Counted from the first letter of the stretch, positions 1-9,828 are shown. The stretch: 64,000 nucleotides of DNA from Candidatus Latescibacterota bacterium (GCA_963667175.2 CAXXXF010000004.1:160001-224000), one strand, 5' to 3'. Notes: generated by a model not told the origin, from the letters alone. A program made the numbers and translations.

Positions 1-514
<514 letters not shown>

Positions 515-630
515 ACTGCTCTTTCTGACCACTGGCCACTGTCCACTATTTACTGCTCCTGGTAATACCCTTTTCGCTTGACAGGATGTATCTCTTTGAC
601 GTATTTTTTTATACAGATCGGAGGCACGCC

Positions 631-882
631 ATGAATGGGAAAATCTTCAACGTAGACAATATGCGATTGGTACTTTTGCTATTGGCCATCTGGGGTCTGA
701 TATGGAACTTTTCCTCCGGAATCAATCAAAGAATAGACAGATTGGAAGATAAGATAGGCAGATTGGAAGATAAGATGGAAACGAAATTTGATGCCGTTGA
801 CAGGAAATTAGAAAGAATAGATGCACGCCTGGACTCCTTCGGGGAACGCATCGCCGCAAACGAAGCAAGACTCAAAGAATAA
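631..882 (+). CDS. Small membrane-anchored coiled-coil protein (83 aa)
   Basis: GGAGG RBS before ATG 631. Hydrophobic segment LVLLLLAIWGLIW, then heptads IDRLEDK-IGRLEDK. AT-rich. Confidence 0.7.
   Translation: MNGKIFNVDNMRLVLLLLAIWGLIWNFSSGINQRIDRLEDKIGRLEDKMETKFDAVDRKLERIDARLDSFGERIAANEARLKE
733..774 (+). repeat. 2 x 21-bp tandem repeat encoding coiled-coil heptads
   Basis: ATAGACAGATTGGAAGATAAG followed by ATAGGCAGATTGGAAGATAAG. Confidence 0.9.
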
Positions 883-1088
883 AAATCCAAGACTATTGAT
901 AACGTCGTCAACGGCCTGCCAGCAAAACACATTGGCAGGTTTTGTTATTCCCCCTCCGTTTCCCCGTAATCCTTGCCTCCATCCATCCATTTTCTTAAAA
1001 TAGCAGACACGGACCGTTCGCTCAGGAGGTCAAACGGCGCGTGGATTTCGGACCGTTTTCTTGCTTTTTCCGGTAACAGGAGATTTCG

Positions 1089-2372
1089 ATGCAGACCGAT
1101 TTCGCGTTCGAGATGGGAACGTCGAATCTGCGATTCGGGCCCGGCGCCACCCGGGAAGTGGGTATGGACCTGTCCGAACTTGGAATCAGGCGGGCGATGC
1201 TGCTGACGGACCCCAACCTGGTGGACCTGCCCCCGGTGCGGACGGCGGTGGACGCACTGAAGCGCGAGCGCGTCGACTATGCGCTCTACGATCGGGTCCG
1301 CGTCGAGCCGACGGACGTGTCATTTCAGCATGCGATCGACTTTGCATTGGACGGAAATTTCGATGCCTTTGTCGCGGTGGGCGGGGGCTCCTCGATCGAT
1401 ACGGCAAAGGCCGCGAATCTGTATTCCACCTATCCCGACGATTTCTACGCGTACGTAAACGCGCCCATTGGAAGCGGCAAGCCGGTCCCCGGGGAGCTCA
1501 AGCCGCTGATCGCGATTCCGACGACCGCGGGAACGGGCAGCGAGACCACGGGAGTCACGATATTCGACGTCTCCGAAAAACACGTCAAAACCGGTATCGC
1601 GCACCGCCGTTTGAAGCCGACGCTGGGCATCGTGGATCCGGAGAACACGCGTACGATGCCGCCGGTTGTTGCGGCGTCCACGGGCCTGGACGTGCTGTGC
1701 CACGCACTCGAGTCGTATACGGCGATTCCGTACGATCAGCGACCGCTTCCCGAACGGCCGATTCTGCGGCCCGCGTACCAGGGCACAAATCCCATCAGCG
1801 ACATGTGGGCGGTCAGGGCCATCGAACTGGTCGCGGAAAACATCGTGCGGGCCGTGGCGGATCCGGACGACGACGAGGCGCGGTCGAATATGATTCTTGC
1901 GTCGAGTATGGCGGGGATGGGGTTCGGAAACGCGGGCGTTCATCTGCCCCACGGGATGTCCTATCCCGTGTCCGGGATGGTGAGAAACTACAAGCCCGAG
2001 GGCATGGTGAGCGATCATCCCATCGTGCCTCACGGGATGTCGGTCTTCCTGAACGCCCCGGCGGCTTTTCGGTTTACCGGACCGGCCTGCCCCGACCGCC
2101 ATCTGAAAGCTGCGGAATTGCTGGGCGGCGACGTATCCTCGGTCACGAATCCCGAGACCGAGGCAGGCGAGCTTCTGGCAGACCGCATTGTCGCGCTGAT
2201 GAAGCGCCTTGAAATGCCGAATGGACTTTCGGCGATCGGTTTTACGGAAGCGGACGTGCCGGCGCTGGTCGAGGGTACGCTTCCACAGCACCGCGTGACG
2301 AAGCTGTCGCCGAGGCCCGCTGGCAGAGAGGACCTGGCGGCGCTGTTCTCGGACTCTCTGACGGAGTGGTAG
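1089..2372 (+). CDS. Hydroxyacid-oxoacid transhydrogenase (iron-containing ADH family, ADHFE1/HOT-like)
   Basis: GGGSSIDTAK, PTTAGTGSETTG, GLDVLCHALESY, GNAGVHLPHGMSYPV, PHG; C-terminal LPQHRVTKLSPR typical of HOT. Confidence 0.9.
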   Translation: MQTDFAFEMGTSNLRFGPGATREVGMDLSELGIRRAMLLTDPNLVDLPPVRTAVDALKRERVDYALYDRVRVEPTDVSFQHAIDFALDGNFDAFVAVGGGSSIDTAKAANLYSTYPDDFYAYVNAPIGSGKPVPGELKPLIAIPTTAGTGSETTGVTIFDVSEKHVKTGIAHRRLKPTLGIVDPENTRTMPPVVAASTGLDVLCHALESYTAIPYDQRPLPERPILRPAYQGTNPISDMWAVRAIELVAENIVRAVADPDDDEARSNMILASSMAGMGFGNAGVHLPHGMSYPVSGMVRNYKPEGMVSDHPIVPHGMSVFLNAPAAFRFTGPACPDRHLKAAELLGGDVSSVTNPETEAGELLADRIVALMKRLEMPNGLSAIGFTEADVPALVEGTLPQHRVTKLSPRPAGREDLAALFSDSLTEW

Positions 2373-2388
2373 CACACAAGGAACTCCA

Positions 2389-3453
2389 ATGCCTACAACG
2401 GGATCACGAAGGTCGCAGGACGGTACCATTGAGCGGCCGGCCACATCTGCCGCCGATCATCTGCCACCGTTCCCCGAAGGATGGTACCTGGTCACAACCC
2501 GGCAGACCCTCCTTCGAGAGAAACTGATCGAGAAAACCTGGATGGGCGAGGAAATCGTCGCATGGTGCGACGAGGAAGGACGGATTTGCGTGGCCGACTC
2601 CATCTGCCCGCACCTGGGCTCTTCCCTGGGACCGGAGGTCGGCGGCAAGGTACGCGGGGGACGCCTTGTCTGTCCGTTTCACGGCTTCGAATTCGATACC
2701 ACCGGTCAATGCATTGCGACGCCGTACGCTCCGGCCGCAAAGGCCGCCAGACTGCAGATCTACGAAACCAGAGAAATCTTCGGCATGGTCTTCGCCTGGT
2801 TCGGGAGCGGCGGCCGCCCTTCGCACTGGGATCTTCCGGATGAACCGTCCGCCGGCGCCGAGTGGAGTGAATTGGGATTCCGTCGACTCCGCTTTCGCGG
2901 CCATCCCCAGGAAACGGCTGAGAACTCCGTCGACGTGGGACACCTGCGCTACGTTCACGGATACGACAACGTAAATCCGGTTGGTTCGGTAACGGTGGAC
3001 GGCGCCTACCTCAGGAGTCGTTTCGACTTCAGAAGCGTTCGCAGAGTCCTGGGTGTAAGGGTCTTCGAGTACGAAGTCTCGGCTGTCGCCCACATCCACG
3101 GACTGGGCTACTCTTTCGTCGAGATCCACGAGAAAACCATCGATATGCTCGCGAGATTGTGGGTCCTTCCGACACCGGTTGACGGCGACGTCATCGATCT
3201 CGTTCTGGCCGCCCAGCTGAGGGAATTACGTAAACCCCGACGGTTCGTCTCGGGCCTTAGGTTCCTGCCCTTGACGTTGCGGAACAAACTGATGAACCAC
3301 GTTCTTCTGTCACAGCAGAAACAGGACGTGCTGCAGGACGTGGCGATCTGGGAAAAGAAACGGCACCGGTCGCCCCCCAGGCTGTGCCGTTCCGACGGCC
3401 CCATCGGCGCCTACCGCCGCTACTGCCGGCAGTTTTATCCCGGCGGTTGTTAG
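2389..3453 (+). CDS. Rieske [2Fe-2S] oxygenase, KshA/Neverland (sterol 9-hydroxylase / 7-desaturase)-like
   Basis: Rieske ligands CPH...CPFHG, mononuclear-iron motif ENSVDVGHLRYVH, QDVAIWEKK and DGPIGAYRRYCRQFY tail. Confidence 0.85.
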   Translation: MPTTGSRRSQDGTIERPATSAADHLPPFPEGWYLVTTRQTLLREKLIEKTWMGEEIVAWCDEEGRICVADSICPHLGSSLGPEVGGKVRGGRLVCPFHGFEFDTTGQCIATPYAPAAKAARLQIYETREIFGMVFAWFGSGGRPSHWDLPDEPSAGAEWSELGFRRLRFRGHPQETAENSVDVGHLRYVHGYDNVNPVGSVTVDGAYLRSRFDFRSVRRVLGVRVFEYEVSAVAHIHGLGYSFVEIHEKTIDMLARLWVLPTPVDGDVIDLVLAAQLRELRKPRRFVSGLRFLPLTLRNKLMNHVLLSQQKQDVLQDVAIWEKKRHRSPPRLCRSDGPIGAYRRYCRQFYPGGC

Positions 3454-3476
3454 CTATTAGCGGTTAGCTTTCAGCC
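3450..3476. repeat. Short degenerate heptamer repeat between convergent genes
   Basis: TTAGCTA TTAGCGG TTAGCTT TCAGCC. Confidence 0.45.
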
Positions 3477-3664
3477 AGAGGCAGAAACGTTAAAGACACC
3501 GACCCACCCACCGCAGCGCAAACTGTCATTTGGTGCGAAGAACTGTTTCTTCTGCTGCTCAGCGAAGCATCGGTAAAATTTCATGGCTCTTCATTTGTCA
3601 ACGTTCATCCCGTACCCGCGATTCTTCGCATGAATCCCGGCATTTCAACGGTTTTCCGTCGCCT

Positions 3665-5029
3665 TCAGCCCCTCGCCTTCCTGAATCCCCAGCCATACAT
3701 GATACCCCCGTAGTAGTTGAACCACCGTTTTGCCTCTGAATCGTCGAAGGGGTAATCCGCTCCGATCTGTATTGCAGTCGCGAGCCCGCTCACAAAGCAC
3801 GTCTCCTGGCTGTTGACCAGCGTATGGGCGCCGCAGTGCCAGGTCCGTTTCCTGCCCTGGATGAAGCGGAACAACGGAACGATCCATGCAACGTGGCGCA
3901 CATCGTGGACAATGTGCTGAAACCACCACCTGCCGATGATCTCTCGTTCATCAATCCGGCTGATCGGGTTGTAGGTCACCAGACAGGGCCTGTCGGACCG
4001 GTTCGCCCACGGTTGCTGGTTGTGCATGATATACGTGATTTCATAGTTGTCCGGTCTGGCGCCGTATTGTTCGATGTGATTGCTCCGCGTTGTGAGGGGT
4101 TTCACCTCGTTATCCGGAAGGACTGTGGCATCGGAGTGGACGATCGTATGGTTGTGGAGTTCGCTCTCGTATCGTATTGAGGAAAGAATATAGCGCTCCA
4201 GCATCGAGGGTCTGTTGAGCATCATCAGTGTCTGGTTCGCATTGCATGCGAAAATCACGTCGTCAAACGTCTCCTTAACACCGTTCTCGTCCTCGACCAC
4301 AACCTGGGACGACCCGCGGAACACCTTCCGGACAGGACGGTTAACGTGAATCCTGTCCCGGAAGCCGGCGGCCAGGTTCTCGTAGATGCGTCGCGTTCCC
4401 TGATCCCACGTCTGCATGGGCGTGGCGGTCTCGATATTGAAGAAATCGAGATATCTCGAGAAGAGCGCCGCAGGCATATCGAACACATTGGTCGCCATCA
4501 GGAAGTTGACGAACATGGGCTTCAGTACCTTATACCTGAAGTCCCCGGAAAACCCGGCAAAGTTCAGGACCGTCTCCATGCTGACGTAATTGAACGGATT
4601 GAGGGCATTCAGGAACGTTGACCGGGAGCGAGTCAGCCTGCCAAACCCATGCAGTCGCGTCAGAAGCCGCTGGAACTTTGCAATCTCGAATTGCAGTTCG
4701 TCTCTGATGTCGGAGTCGAAATCGTGCGCATAGGTGCCGCCGCGGTACTTCACGCTGTAATTGAATCTGGTATCGATCAGATCGATGCCGAACGACTCCA
4801 TCAGCAGCAGGATGTGCCGATATACCGATGGAATACAGGCAGTGACGGAAATGTCGAAGGGAATGGCGGCGCCGTCATCCTGCGGCATATCGACAGTGAT
4901 CGCATTCCCGCCGATCCGGTCCTCAGCCTCGAAAAGCCGGAAATCGAACCGGTCCGGGTGGTGATGCAGCGCCCACGCGGCCCCCAGACCCGATATGCCT
5001 CCGCCGACGATGGCGATGCGCCGTGGCAT
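3665..5029 (-). CDS. FAD-dependent oxidoreductase (COG2907 type, usually linked to cfa-like lipid methyltransferases)
   Basis: IAIVGGGISGL, EAEDRIGGNA, YNPISRID, IQGRKRTWHCGAH...ETCFVSGL. Confidence 0.85.
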   Translation of the reverse strand: MPRRIAIVGGGISGLGAAWALHHHPDRFDFRLFEAEDRIGGNAITVDMPQDDGAAIPFDISVTACIPSVYRHILLLMESFGIDLIDTRFNYSVKYRGGTYAHDFDSDIRDELQFEIAKFQRLLTRLHGFGRLTRSRSTFLNALNPFNYVSMETVLNFAGFSGDFRYKVLKPMFVNFLMATNVFDMPAALFSRYLDFFNIETATPMQTWDQGTRRIYENLAAGFRDRIHVNRPVRKVFRGSSQVVVEDENGVKETFDDVIFACNANQTLMMLNRPSMLERYILSSIRYESELHNHTIVHSDATVLPDNEVKPLTTRSNHIEQYGARPDNYEITYIMHNQQPWANRSDRPCLVTYNPISRIDEREIIGRWWFQHIVHDVRHVAWIVPLFRFIQGRKRTWHCGAHTLVNSQETCFVSGLATAIQIGADYPFDDSEAKRWFNYYGGIMYGWGFRKARG

Positions 5030-5042
5030 TGTCCTTTCTCCC

Positions 5043-5265
5043 TCAGGCGGGCAGGTCAGTGTCGAAGGTGAAGTGGGCGGGGAAGGAGGTTTTCGCCGCT
5101 ACCAAGCCGGCGACGGCGCAGTTCAAATGCCAGCCGGGCACACATTGTCGAAATAGCCGGTCGCCTCGTTGAGAAGCATCAGGATGAGCTCGTCGACGAG
5201 GCAGCAGGCTCCCCTCGGGGAAGCGCTTTCCGCCCGGGCGTCAATCTCTCTGCCGTGTCAGTCAT
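5043..5265 (-). pseudogene. Internally deleted remnant of a GPP34-P450 paralogue
   Basis: With frameshifts it reads LVDELILMLLNEATGYF..VPGWHLNCAVAG, matching the N-terminus of 6667-8736. It is joined directly to AHFTFDTDLPA*, which resembles that protein's C-terminal AHYFTIEVSPA. Confidence 0.8.
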
Positions 5266-5545
5266 CAGCCTTCTCCTCCCTGCGTTTGGACCGGGGACGC
5301 GCCGGGCCCGGAATGGCCGCGTGAAGCCCTCGGACGCAAGTGGACGGCGAAGAGAGCGGGAACGACCATCATCGGTACGGTGGTGACAAAGAGAATGCCG
5401 CAACCGAGCGATGCGGCAAAGGTAATCAGGGACTGGGCCTGAATGGCGTCGTTCGAGGATGAGGAGCGTGAAGCCGAGGAAGGTGGTCACGGAAGTGAGC
5501 ATGATCGAACGAAAACGCCCCTTGGCGTCCTCGATGATCGCAGAG
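5265..5545 (-). pseudogene. C-terminal remnant of an RND permease paralogue
   Basis: AIIEDAKGRFRSIMLTSVTTFLGFTLLILER / AIQAQSLITFAASLGCGIL, near-identical to the end of 12650-15823, with one frameshift. Confidence 0.9.
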
Positions 5546-5588
5546 TTCCCCGGGGATGAGGTTCCCGCGCGAATTCGCGTCAGGCGGA

Positions 5589-6629
5589 CTAAAGAGGCTT
5601 ACGAGCCAGGAAACAGTACAGGGGCGTAAAGATACCCGCCTTGCCGCCCGAGATATAAGCCTCCGCAGTCCGGTCCAGGAGTCGGACGACTTCCGCAGAG
5701 CCCTTCGGAAAAAGCCGCAGTACTTCAGCCAGCTTCGATCCTGCGATGACCGCTTTGCGGCCCCACGGAAGCCTGCGCATGGCGTTCCCCAACGTCCCAT
5801 GGCGACTCTCCATGGGTTGATACCAAGGTATGGAGGGTCCAGGTCCTTCCTGAACGTCCCTGTCCATCGCTTCCATCACGTGGAATCCCGCGGCTTCGAG
5901 CGCGTGGTTGACTTCTCCGAAGGTCGCGACGTCCTTCAGCGCAATGCCGCGCATGAAATCCCGCTTGATGACCCGGTGCCGGTCGTCCTTCGGATTGAAC
6001 TGGTCCGTCAGACACATTTCCTGACCCCAGAACAGGGCCCCGGGTTTTAGCACGCGGTATACCTCCTCGAAGGCTCGTTGCTTGTCCGGCGCATGGCACG
6101 TTGACTCGATGGCATAACCCCGATCGAAGGTGTCGTCCTCGATTGTGCTCATGTCCATGAAGCTGCACGTCTCGAAATCGACCATGTGTTCGAGCCCCGA
6201 CTCGGCGATCAACCTCTTCGCCTTTTTCAACTGAATCTCACTGATGTTGATTCCCACGACCTTGACACCAGCCTCACGGACAACGCGGAGCATGGGGGCG
6301 CCGACTCCACAACCAACGTCGACCACCGTCATACCCTGTTGCAGGTCCAACTTGGAGATCATCACCCGCTGATGCCGGACGATGGACTCCTCCAGACTCT
6401 GATGAGGCGTAAGGGGCGCGAAGTGCAGGGACTCGGCCCAGCCCCACACCATTAACCCGCTGCAAAGGTCGTAATAGTTTTTCACTGTTTCAGTGTGATC
6501 GTACCCGGCCGCGCCAGCGGGTTCCGGCGCCGACCGCTCGAGCCAGCCGTCGAAGTGTCGCACTCGATGCGCGACGCTCGATCCCCGGAACGCTTCTCTC
6601 AGATCTCTCGACAGTTTGCCCAGGCGCAT
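5589..6629 (-). CDS. Sterol 24-C-methyltransferase (SMT/ERG6)-like SAM-dependent methyltransferase
   Basis: YYDL...WGWAESLHFAP (SMT region I), VDVGCGVGAP, YAIESTCHAP, YRVLKPG, C-terminal GGKAGIFTPLYCFLARKP. Confidence 0.88.
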   Translation of the reverse strand: MRLGKLSRDLREAFRGSSVAHRVRHFDGWLERSAPEPAGAAGYDHTETVKNYYDLCSGLMVWGWAESLHFAPLTPHQSLEESIVRHQRVMISKLDLQQGMTVVDVGCGVGAPMLRVVREAGVKVVGINISEIQLKKAKRLIAESGLEHMVDFETCSFMDMSTIEDDTFDRGYAIESTCHAPDKQRAFEEVYRVLKPGALFWGQEMCLTDQFNPKDDRHRVIKRDFMRGIALKDVATFGEVNHALEAAGFHVMEAMDRDVQEGPGPSIPWYQPMESRHGTLGNAMRRLPWGRKAVIAGSKLAEVLRLFPKGSAEVVRLLDRTAEAYISGGKAGIFTPLYCFLARKPL

Positions 6630-6666
6630 TTGGTGGTTCCCAATGGCTCCACAAAGAGTTATCTCG

Positions 6667-8736
6667 TCATATGGACAGTTCCCGTCTCTGCTCGGCGATG
6701 CGGAACTTCAGCTTCTTGCTCGGTTTCAGCGACGGAAACGGACTGAAACGGAGCTTGTACTTCGCCGGCGACACCTCAATCGTAAAGTAGTGCGCCAGCA
6801 TCAGCAAATTGGCCGCCAGGTGCAACTCCATCCACCGGGCGCCGAGACACGTGTGCGTGCCCAGCCCGTACGGGGCGTACCCGGGACTGCGATGCTCATG
6901 GCGCGGGGCCAGGTAGCGGTCAATGTCGAACTTGCAGGGGTCGGGAAAGACTTCGCTCATGTAATGTGTGGCGGTCATGGCGACGTGGATCCGCGCCCCC
7001 ACGGGCAGCTCGTAGTCCTCGACCACGCAAGTATTCATCACGTTCCGCATGGACATGGAGACGATTGGGTACATGCGCAGACACTCCATGAGGAAGCGGT
7101 GCGTCACGTCGATGTTGGCTGGGGTGAAATCCTCTCTCTCGGGGTCGCCCTTCGCGAACAGGGCATCTGCTTCGGCCCGGATTCTGGCGTAGAGGTCGGG
7201 CTGCGACGCCATGGCATAGACTACGAGGCTGAACGTATCGCCTAGGTACACGCTGGCAATCAAGGCCGCGGAAAAGGCGAAGAGCAGGTTGGACTCCGGA
7301 AGAAACTGCGGGTCCCTCGCGTGCAGGCTGAGGTAATCGTCCACGAGGTCCCGCGGGCTGTCCGCCCGTTGGGCGGGGGTATGGATACCCTGGATCCGCT
7401 GCATCAATGTGTCCAGGGCTTTCGCCCGGCGTCTCATGCCCGGGGTGTTCAGCGCGAATCGGGGCAGGAGCTTGGCGATGTGCACGCTGAGGGCACGTTC
7501 CTTGTAGGCCATCAGGTCGCCCATGAGGTCCTGGGTATCGACGCTGAGGAACAGTGGCGAGAGCTGGGCGTTCACCATCTCCCGGCACATGGACGTGGCG
7601 CGGTAGGAGTCCCCAACCGTCAAGCTGGCCATGTACTCACGTCCATGATTGTAGAGCTGGTCCAGCTGCCCTCCCAGCCTCCCGGCGGAAAAGGCCGGCG
7701 ACAAGAACTTGCGAAGCCGGAAATGATCGGCGCCGTCCAGGGCGGGCAGGACGCCGGACGCGCCGTAGACCTTCTCGAAGTCGCTGAAGTAGTCCCTGAC
7801 TCTCAGGTACATTCGCCCGCGCTTGTGCACCCAGCGGTTTGTCTCGAGTCCGGCCAAGAAGATCATGGGCTCCGAAAAGGGAGGACGGATCTGGAACACC
7901 GGACCGTACTCCTCCGCCAGGCTCCCGAAGAGGGCGTTCAGATTGCCGTCTCGAACGTGCGGGTTCATCAGCAGTTTGGGTAGCGAAACCGTCGGAATCT
8001 TCCTGGTAAGGGGTGGACGTTGAAGGGCCGGGCCGGTGAGGTTCTGAGAGACCGCAGCGGCCAGGGAGCGGCCGATCGGAGTCAAATTGCAGATGAATTC
8101 GATGCGCTCCTCCGCCTCGTCGTCGAGTTGGTAGATGAGTCGAAAGACATCGCACGTATTGACGAGACCGATGACGAGGACGTCCCGCGGATGGGGGATC
8201 TCATTCTCGAAGATCGCGCGGCTGATCCGCGATTTTATGAACTCACCGGGTGTGGCTTCCTCGGAACTGCCCACCACTCTCGTCCAGGCGCCGCCGCGAG
8301 CCAGCGTCCAGAACTCGCCGTCGTGGTACTCCAGAATCTTCAGGTCGACCAGGTGGTCCAGGGTCCAGTCGATGACGGACTCCGCGCGGGAGGCGAGACG
8401 TTCTACCCAGTACTGAGCGTTGTGTTGAACCGGCTCCTCCGCGATTTCCTTCAGGCTGGTGTCGAGGATGGAGTTGCCCGTTTCCGTCGGATCCACGAGG
8501 AAGAGCGACTCTATGTCCGTGTCGATCCGCGACAGGAGGGAGAGTTCCGCCAGTACGGCGCCGGCTACGGCACAGTTCAGATGCCAGCCGGGTACCTGAT
8601 GAAAATACCCGTTCTCCTCGTTGAGGAGCATCAGGATGAGCTCATCGTGCAAACACAGCGTCTCGGTCGCCCGATCCTCGTTCTTGACAGCCATCGGCCT
8701 TCGCCTCCCGTCAAAATCTCGGTCCCGCAAAGCCAT
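6667..8736 (-). CDS. Cytochrome P450 fused to an N-terminal GPP34 (GOLPH3-like) domain
   Basis: N-terminus LHDELILMLLNEENG...AVAGAVLAELSLLSRI is GPP34-like. P450 motifs ECLR, FDIDRY and YAPYGLGTHTCLG (heme Cys). Confidence 0.88.
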   Translation of the reverse strand: MALRDRDFDGRRRPMAVKNEDRATETLCLHDELILMLLNEENGYFHQVPGWHLNCAVAGAVLAELSLLSRIDTDIESLFLVDPTETGNSILDTSLKEIAEEPVQHNAQYWVERLASRAESVIDWTLDHLVDLKILEYHDGEFWTLARGGAWTRVVGSSEEATPGEFIKSRISRAIFENEIPHPRDVLVIGLVNTCDVFRLIYQLDDEAEERIEFICNLTPIGRSLAAAVSQNLTGPALQRPPLTRKIPTVSLPKLLMNPHVRDGNLNALFGSLAEEYGPVFQIRPPFSEPMIFLAGLETNRWVHKRGRMYLRVRDYFSDFEKVYGASGVLPALDGADHFRLRKFLSPAFSAGRLGGQLDQLYNHGREYMASLTVGDSYRATSMCREMVNAQLSPLFLSVDTQDLMGDLMAYKERALSVHIAKLLPRFALNTPGMRRRAKALDTLMQRIQGIHTPAQRADSPRDLVDDYLSLHARDPQFLPESNLLFAFSAALIASVYLGDTFSLVVYAMASQPDLYARIRAEADALFAKGDPEREDFTPANIDVTHRFLMECLRMYPIVSMSMRNVMNTCVVEDYELPVGARIHVAMTATHYMSEVFPDPCKFDIDRYLAPRHEHRSPGYAPYGLGTHTCLGARWMELHLAANLLMLAHYFTIEVSPAKYKLRFSPFPSLKPSKKLKFRIAEQRRELSI

Positions 8737-8818
8737 TTACCGTTGATGCGCCTCTAACAAATATAACGATCATCGTTGATGGGGCAAGTCTTAATCGTAA
8801 CAAAAACAATGTCAAAGG

Positions 8819-8845
8819 CGGGCAACCACAAGGGTTGTCCCTACA
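8819..8845. repeat. GTAG-type REP-like palindrome
   Basis: GGGCAACC-ACAAG-GGTTGTCC followed by CTAC (GTAG on the minus strand). Confidence 0.65.
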
Positions 8846-8871
8846 AATTGCGACACTTGCGCGGATTTCGC

Positions 8872-8997
8872 TCAATCCCGCACGGGAACCAGATGCAGAC
8901 GGATGGCGTAGCGTGCGGGCACGACCATCAGCAGAATTGACGTGGCGATGACGATGCCGAAACCGAGCGACGCCGCGAAGGGGACGAGGAACTGCGC
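8872..8997 (-). pseudogene. Second C-terminal remnant of an RND permease paralogue
   Basis: Reads AQFLVPFAASLGFGIVIATSILLMVVPARYAIRLHLVPVRD*, compared with AQFLIPFAASLGCGILLTTAILMMIIPALYAIRLRLVRVR* in the intact gene. Confidence 0.88.
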
Positions 8998-9029
8998 AGG
9001 ATGACGCCGACAACATCCTCATGCGCCTG

Positions 9030-9202
9030 CGTCGGCCTTCCTCGTCGCGCCAGGCGACGATGTCCTCCCCCAGCCAGGTCTTATCGATCAACTGCTTCCG
9101 GAGAAGGGAATCCCGGGTTGCGACGAAATACCGCCCCTCGGGGAATGCCGGCAGCTCATCCATTCGATTCAAGGCAGGCAGTTGGGAGCTCTTGGTTTGC
9201 AT
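9030..9202 (-). pseudogene. N-terminal remnant of a Rieske oxygenase paralogue
   Basis: LPAFPEGRYFVATRDSLLRKQLIDKTWLGEDIVAWRDEEGR matches LPPFPEGWYLVTTRQTLLREKLIEKTWMGEEIVAWCDEEGR of 2389-3453, and stops before the Rieske ligands. Confidence 0.88.
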
Positions 9203-9348
9203 GTCGGAGATCCTGTCTCAAGCCCGCATATCCTGTCAGGGACATGCGAGTCCCTTTGTGAATACCCCAACGGCAAGTCCGGCGGAAATGACCATGAGAT
9301 TACCTATTCGATAGAGGGGTTGGAGAAGTCGAGACATGAGCATTATAT

Positions 9349-9672
9349 TCAATTCTTGTGGCGAATGGCCTTTAAGCCTGCCTTTGCAATCGCGAAACCT
9401 CCTCCTAATGCACCCGCTATAGGAGTTGGTATTCCCGCTAGAACACCCAGTGCAAATCCTTTGGCAAGTGCTGAACCAGTATCCTCTTCAGCCGTGGGTT
9501 TTTGCACGAGGAATACACCAATTCCCGTAAATGCAAAGGCGATTAAACAAATGAGCGGAGTTGCCAGGCCGAACGATATGGCGTTAGCTCCAAAAAACGC
9601 ACCATCTACGGCAATCAAAAGCACCCCACTAAGCCAGTGGATCTCGCGTCTATTGTCTCTACCGTCGTTCAT
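9349..9672 (-). CDS. Small hydrophobic membrane protein, function unknown
   Basis: AGGAGG RBS, three Gly/Ala-rich hydrophobic segments, lower GC than neighbours. Confidence 0.7.
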   Translation of the reverse strand: MNDGRDNRREIHWLSGVLLIAVDGAFFGANAISFGLATPLICLIAFAFTGIGVFLVQKPTAEEDTGSALAKGFALGVLAGIPTPIAGALGGGFAIAKAGLKAIRHKN

Positions 9673-9690
9673 AGTTCCTCCTGTGTGGTG

Positions 9691-9826
9691 TCATCTCGGT
9701 TCGAGACGATCGATGCGCCCTTCCTGGAAGTCCACTTCCAGCCAAGGGTCGGCCGTGTCGCGGCGGAACTGGTAGAGTTGGGCGAGCATCTGAGCGGCTA
9801 CCTCCTGCAAGTCGGGGTCGTCATTC
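9691..9826 (-). pseudogene. Possible C-terminal remnant of a sulfatase-like gene truncated by the IS
   Basis: DDPDLQEVAAQMLAQLYQFRRDTADPWL resembles sulfatase C-termini (DDP...L...W...T.DPW). Confidence 0.4.
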
Positions 9827-9828
9827 CG

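Noticed and set aside
1061-2444. Overlapping 383-aa and 374-aa ORFs
   Set aside because: Alternative-frame and antisense shadows of the transhydrogenase.
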